In this document: positions 53,052-56,778 of the stretch, in pieces
Layout: the number at the start of each line of letters is the position of its first letter
How positions within the stretch are numbered: position 1 is the first letter of the stretch
From: Candidatus Poribacteria bacterium
GTDB lineage: Bacteria > Poribacteria > WGA-4E > WGA-3G
DNA: 56,778 bases
Direction: 5' to 3'
Assembly (NCBI GenBank): GCA_012270875.1
Contig: JAAXHI010000253.1
Coordinates: forward strand, 1 to 56,778
Position numbers and translations under genes: made by a program
The notes under the pieces: model-generated
What the model was told of the DNA's origin: nothing
The model's database searches: none
What the model saw: the letters and a program-made list of their open reading frames with translations, nothing else

Positions 53052-54419
53052 ATGAATATCGTCTTTCTATTTTCAGATGAACACGCGGGTACTGTGATGG
53101 GAAATAGTGGGCATCCGGTTGTCCAAACGCCTTATCTTGATCGCCTCGCTAACCAGAGTTACACCTTCGACAACGCCTATTGCAATAGTCCAATCTGTAC
53201 GCCTTCACGTTTATCGCTGCTCACGGGACGCTATCCGCATCAGATTGAGGCGTGGGATTTAGGGGCAATTTTGGAGCGGCGGCACCAGACGTGGGGTGAC
53301 CATCTGACGGAGGCGGGGTATGAGACCGTGTTGTGCGGACGGACACATTTTAACGGGACGGATCGCCTGCTCGGTTTTTCGGATCGCTTGCTGGATGACC
53401 TGCCTCGGTGGCGGCACACGACCGGTCGTCCACCACGGCGCACGCCGGACGCGCGTCGCGGCTCTAATTCACACGTCGCCGAATGCGGGCCGGGGGACCA
53501 CGAACACACAAGATACGACCGAAACGCCACAGACTTGGCAGTCGATTTTCTTCGCGAAAAAGCGGTTTCATCAGACGATAAACCGTTTCTGCTGTACTGC
53601 GGATTCATGCACCCACACTTTCCACTGATTGCACCGCCAGAATTCTACTCACTGTACGATCCAGATACCCTTGAGTTACCTGCCACATGGAACGAACCGC
53701 TTGAATCTCAACACCCTGTAATCCAGCACCACCGTTGGGCGTGGCGGAACGACATCCCGCCCCCTGAAGCAACTGTGCGTTGTGCGTTAGCCTCCTATTA
53801 CGCGCTTGTTTCGTCGCTTGATGCGCAGATTGGAAGGATACTTGAGGCGATTGATACATCTCCGTTGGCGGAAGATACAGTTGTCATCTATACCAGCGAT
53901 CACGGTGAGATGGCAGGTCATCACGGGAACTGGCAGAAGCAGTGCTTCTATGAACCCGCGGTGAAGGTGCCGTTAATGCTGCGGCTGCCTTCCGGTGAGA
54001 CCGGTCGCGTCGCACAAAACGTCTCTTTGATAGATGTCTTACCGACCTTATTGGAAATCGCTGATTTGGAACCGCCGTCCGATTTACCCGGTGATAGTCT
54101 GTTGAAGATAGCGCGACACCAAGCAGATGAGACAACACGCGCCGTTTTTTCAGAATACCATCACATGGGGATGCTCAACGCCGGTTTCATGCTCAAGCAA
54201 GGAGATTACAAACTGTGTCATTACGTCGGAAGTGAGCCACAATTGTTCAATGTGGCAGTGGACCCGTTGGAGAACGATGATCTGGCACCAAATCTTGAAT
54301 ATTCGACAATGCGTAATGCGCTGGAAGTTGCTTTGCGTGGGATCGTCAATCCAGAGTTGGCGGATGCACGGGCAAAAGAGAATCAGAGGGTGCGTAGGTT
54401 GAAGGGTGAAGATGCCTAA
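53052..54419 (+). CDS. Sulfatase (choline-sulfatase-like family)
   Basis: NIVFLFSDEH is present. The sulfatase signature is CTPSRLSLLTGRYPH, and YTSDHGE is also present. Confidence 0.9.
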   Translation: MNIVFLFSDEHAGTVMGNSGHPVVQTPYLDRLANQSYTFDNAYCNSPICTPSRLSLLTGRYPHQIEAWDLGAILERRHQTWGDHLTEAGYETVLCGRTHFNGTDRLLGFSDRLLDDLPRWRHTTGRPPRRTPDARRGSNSHVAECGPGDHEHTRYDRNATDLAVDFLREKAVSSDDKPFLLYCGFMHPHFPLIAPPEFYSLYDPDTLELPATWNEPLESQHPVIQHHRWAWRNDIPPPEATVRCALASYYALVSSLDAQIGRILEAIDTSPLAEDTVVIYTSDHGEMAGHHGNWQKQCFYEPAVKVPLMLRLPSGETGRVAQNVSLIDVLPTLLEIADLEPPSDLPGDSLLKIARHQADETTRAVFSEYHHMGMLNAGFMLKQGDYKLCHYVGSEPQLFNVAVDPLENDDLAPNLEYSTMRNALEVALRGIVNPELADARAKENQRVRRLKGEDA

Positions 54420-54430
54420 CTATCGGAATC

Positions 54431-54452
54431 GCCGAGGCACGGGGACCTCGGC
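54431..54452. terminator. Hairpin between convergent genes (possible bidirectional terminator)
   Basis: A 7-bp stem GCCGAGG / CCTCGGC with no clear U-tract. Confidence 0.35.
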
Positions 54453-54471
54453 AAACAGAGGAATCTTCGAC

Positions 54472-55533
54472 TTAAACTTCGCCGTCCCAATAACTCAGGC
54501 TCGGGTCTTTACGGTAAATCTTCCCAACGACATAAGGTAGGACCTTGTTGGAATCTGGGTATTCACTCACATCGTGTGGCGTGGTAGTTCCGAGGATGAG
54601 GAACGCGACAGGAGCGTCGGTGTTGTTCACAAACTTATGCGCGCCGACTGTGCCGGGCGGAAATGCAATGAAATCGCCTTCCTGCACCTCTATATCACCT
54701 CGTGGCGTTTTAAGCGTGCAGGCACCTTCCATCACGTAGCACATCTCCTCACCGAAGTTGTGGAAATGCATCGGGAAACTCATCTTACCCGGTTGCAGCC
54801 GAATAACGCGATACCCCAAATTCTTGCCACCGATGAGTGGATCAATGTCTTTGTCCTCGAAATCATAGGGCGGTGGTGCGTTTTTATACTGCCATTCAAT
54901 TTTGTCAATATGAATGCGGTTGATATAGATATCACGCCGTGCTTGTAGGCAATCAATGAGGTGTTGACGTGCATCTTTGAAGATGGCGTGCCCATCACCG
55001 ACAAGGATGGTGTTGAAACGGAGTGCCAGGACTTTGCGCAGTTCAAGTGCTGCTTTCGCTGGATCGCTCAGTTTAGCATCAGCGAGTAGCGTTAACGCGC
55101 CCATCGGTTCGCCGACGACAAGATCTCCGAATAGGACGGCATGTTTTTCTGGGAAGTAAAGTGCGATTTCACCCGGACTCTTGCCGTGGCTGAGATGGAT
55201 GGTATGTAGACCCGGCACAATCGGCTCACGGTCTTGAACCGTTCGGGTCGGTGTGATATTCAACGCGTCGGCATCGGCTTCATGCACAATCACGTCAGCA
55301 CCCGTCCATTCCTGAAATGTCGCGGCTTCGCGTTCGTGATCGGCATTCGTCAGCACGATTGACTTCGCGCCGCCGAGTGCTGTCAGCTGCGCTTGATCAT
55401 CATCGGACATCGGGACTGGATCTATCAGGATATTTCCGTCCGGACGCACCCACAAATGTCCGTTAAAATCTATCTGTCGTTCTGGACTAAAGACACTCCA
55501 ACTATAGATATCTTCAAAAATCAGGCGTTTCAT
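54472..55533 (-). CDS. MBL-fold hydrolase-like domain fused to a C-terminal cupin domain
   Basis: The N-terminal half is beta-lactamase-fold-like, with VLTNADHERE and GDGH. The C-terminal cupin reads MHFHNFGEEMCYVMEGACTL...EGDFIAFPPGTVGAHKF. Confidence 0.7.
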   Translation of the reverse strand: MKRLIFEDIYSWSVFSPERQIDFNGHLWVRPDGNILIDPVPMSDDDQAQLTALGGAKSIVLTNADHEREAATFQEWTGADVIVHEADADALNITPTRTVQDREPIVPGLHTIHLSHGKSPGEIALYFPEKHAVLFGDLVVGEPMGALTLLADAKLSDPAKAALELRKVLALRFNTILVGDGHAIFKDARQHLIDCLQARRDIYINRIHIDKIEWQYKNAPPPYDFEDKDIDPLIGGKNLGYRVIRLQPGKMSFPMHFHNFGEEMCYVMEGACTLKTPRGDIEVQEGDFIAFPPGTVGAHKFVNNTDAPVAFLILGTTTPHDVSEYPDSNKVLPYVVGKIYRKDPSLSYWDGEV

Positions 55534-55645
55534 TTTTTAATTATTCCTTGCGGTTAAGGCACAGTGATCTGAAATGTAACGGTTTTTTTCCGAAACCCGC
55601 TTTCCACTTCGTTTCAGGCTACGTCATTTGACTTCTTTTAATAAT

Positions 55646-56179
55646 TCATTCTTGTTTTTCCTTTGAAACAAACCCGTAGACTTCAAGTTCGTGTATGAAG
55701 GCTCTACCTAATTTTATTTGCGGGACGATCGTGCCACGCCTCGGATCGAACCGACTGGGTGCTTTTTCATCATCGGTAGTGCCGCTGATGTAGATGCGGA
55801 TGGCATCTGTCACAACAGCACTGAAGCGCATTTTAACGACCGGACTTTCATTGTTCTGAATCTGCATAATTGCACGCCAACGTCCTTCGCCTTCCATTTT
55901 TTCGTAGATCATGGCGTTTATAATATTCGTTCCGTTGATGGTAATCCGATGAATCGCTTTTTGTGTAGGCAAGTTTAGGTGAATCCACCGTCCATCAGCG
56001 TAGCCTCTCGTCTTCACATCGCCGTCTATCATTTCTGGTGAGGTGCAAGTGACTCCCTCCGTAACGGCGTAGTTGTAAAGTTCCTGCGGTTCAATCAGCA
56101 TCTGCAGTGCCTTGGATTGGCATCCTGAAAGGAGTGCAATTGCAAGGAACATTATGAAAATAGAAAAGTAGCGTCGCAT
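55646..56179 (-). CDS. Lipoprotein with a discoidin / F5-8-type-C-like beta-sandwich (tentative)
   Basis: The start is at MRRYFSIFIMFLAIALLSGC, which carries a lipobox, and a GGAGGAAAAG RBS precedes it. Confidence 0.65.
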   Translation of the reverse strand: MRRYFSIFIMFLAIALLSGCQSKALQMLIEPQELYNYAVTEGVTCTSPEMIDGDVKTRGYADGRWIHLNLPTQKAIHRITINGTNIINAMIYEKMEGEGRWRAIMQIQNNESPVVKMRFSAVVTDAIRIYISGTTDDEKAPSRFDPRRGTIVPQIKLGRAFIHELEVYGFVSKEKQE

Positions 56180-56436
56180 CTTTTCCTCCAACTTCTTGTT
56201 TCCGCTTTTACAAAATATCATACCACATTTCTACTCTTCTTTGAACCAGAATTTTCCGAAAGGCGTTGTCTTAAAACCACAAATAGGCTATAATGTTTTA
56301 CGGAAAAACTTCAAACGAAGGTAATGATTTCACTGCACGTTACTTTCCACAAACCTATGAAAAACGGTCACCTTTAATCAAATTGCCGGCATAAATTGCG
56401 AAATTAAGTTCGTACACAGCTCAAGGAAATTTAATA

Positions 56437-56664
56437 ATGACACTAAAACAGGTCTTGTTCTCATTTAAAGGGAGGATTAATAGGGCTACGTATTGGGTCT
56501 ATACATTAGCCCTCACATTTTTACTAATTATCGCTATAGTCTGCCTTGGGATGTTTCTTGATGTAGGCTTAAGTGTTGGAGATAGCGATCTATTAATGGC
56601 TATATTTGTGATACCTACCGTTATTTTTATGAACTACGTAGGTGAAGTGCCACCGTTTATTTAG
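56437..56664 (+). pseudogene. DUF805 membrane protein truncated by IS insertion
   Basis: The N-terminus FSFKGRINRATYW is the DUF805 signature. The conserved KRLHD region is missing. The reading frame runs into the IS terminus at 56643 and stops 7 codons later. Confidence 0.6.
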
Positions 56665-56778
56665 ACCAAAAATTAACAAAGTTAAGAGAAGGTTTTTCGT
56701 TGAAATTCCATGGGTGTCAGATACCCTAACGCCGAATGTGGGCGTTTCTGATTATACACTTGTGTGATAAAATGACCG
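56643..56778 (-). mobile_element. End of an IS3-family element: terminal repeat plus the C-terminus of the rve-type transposase, cut by the window edge
   Basis: The minus strand translates ..GHFITQVYNQKRPHSALGYLTPMEFQRKTFS*, with the stop at 56682-56684. The terminus starts TGAAGTG, as in IS3/IS911-type inverted repeats. Confidence 0.75.

Overview
This 56.8-kb window looks like a chromosomal fragment from an uncultivated bacterium. Gene content is consistent with a marine or sponge-associated polysaccharide degrader, but that is inference only. I can support about 60 protein genes, one tRNA-Leu(CAG), several promoters and terminators, several interspersed repeat families, two IS3-family remnants and several decayed genes.

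Housekeeping genes are asd, HU, an AspC-like aminotransferase, a CbpA/DnaJ-like J-protein, mtnK, a MoxR ATPase, a DUF58 protein, ugd and a GHMP kinase. The catabolic set is large:
- 2 sulfatases
- 6 phytanoyl-CoA-dioxygenase (PhyH) family genes
- 3 enolase-superfamily dehydratases, one of them frameshifted
- a BNR/sialidase-like protein, an amidohydrolase, a nitrilase-family hydrolase and an MDR dehydrogenase

The accessory stretch at about 6.7-15.3 kb is the most interesting part:
- It starts with a visibly AT-rich island. The island carries an intact 780-aa orphan protein with a Zn-ribbon and a PD-(D/E)xK-like C-terminus. Next to it is an internally deleted DNA methyltransferase.
- A PIN-like two-gene cassette follows, bracketed by a 111-bp duplication of the aspC 5' end.
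- A RelE/ParE-type TA pair comes next, with a solitary HsdR_N-type nuclease-domain gene.

A second notable locus is at 43.5-46.5 kb. It holds a Rieske-GAF-PAS sigma-54 activator divergent from a textbook TGGCAC-N5-TTGC promoter that drives a VOC/glyoxalase gene. The activator sits at the head of a co-directional array of four PhyH genes.

All calls come from reading the sequence and recognising motifs. No database search was run.
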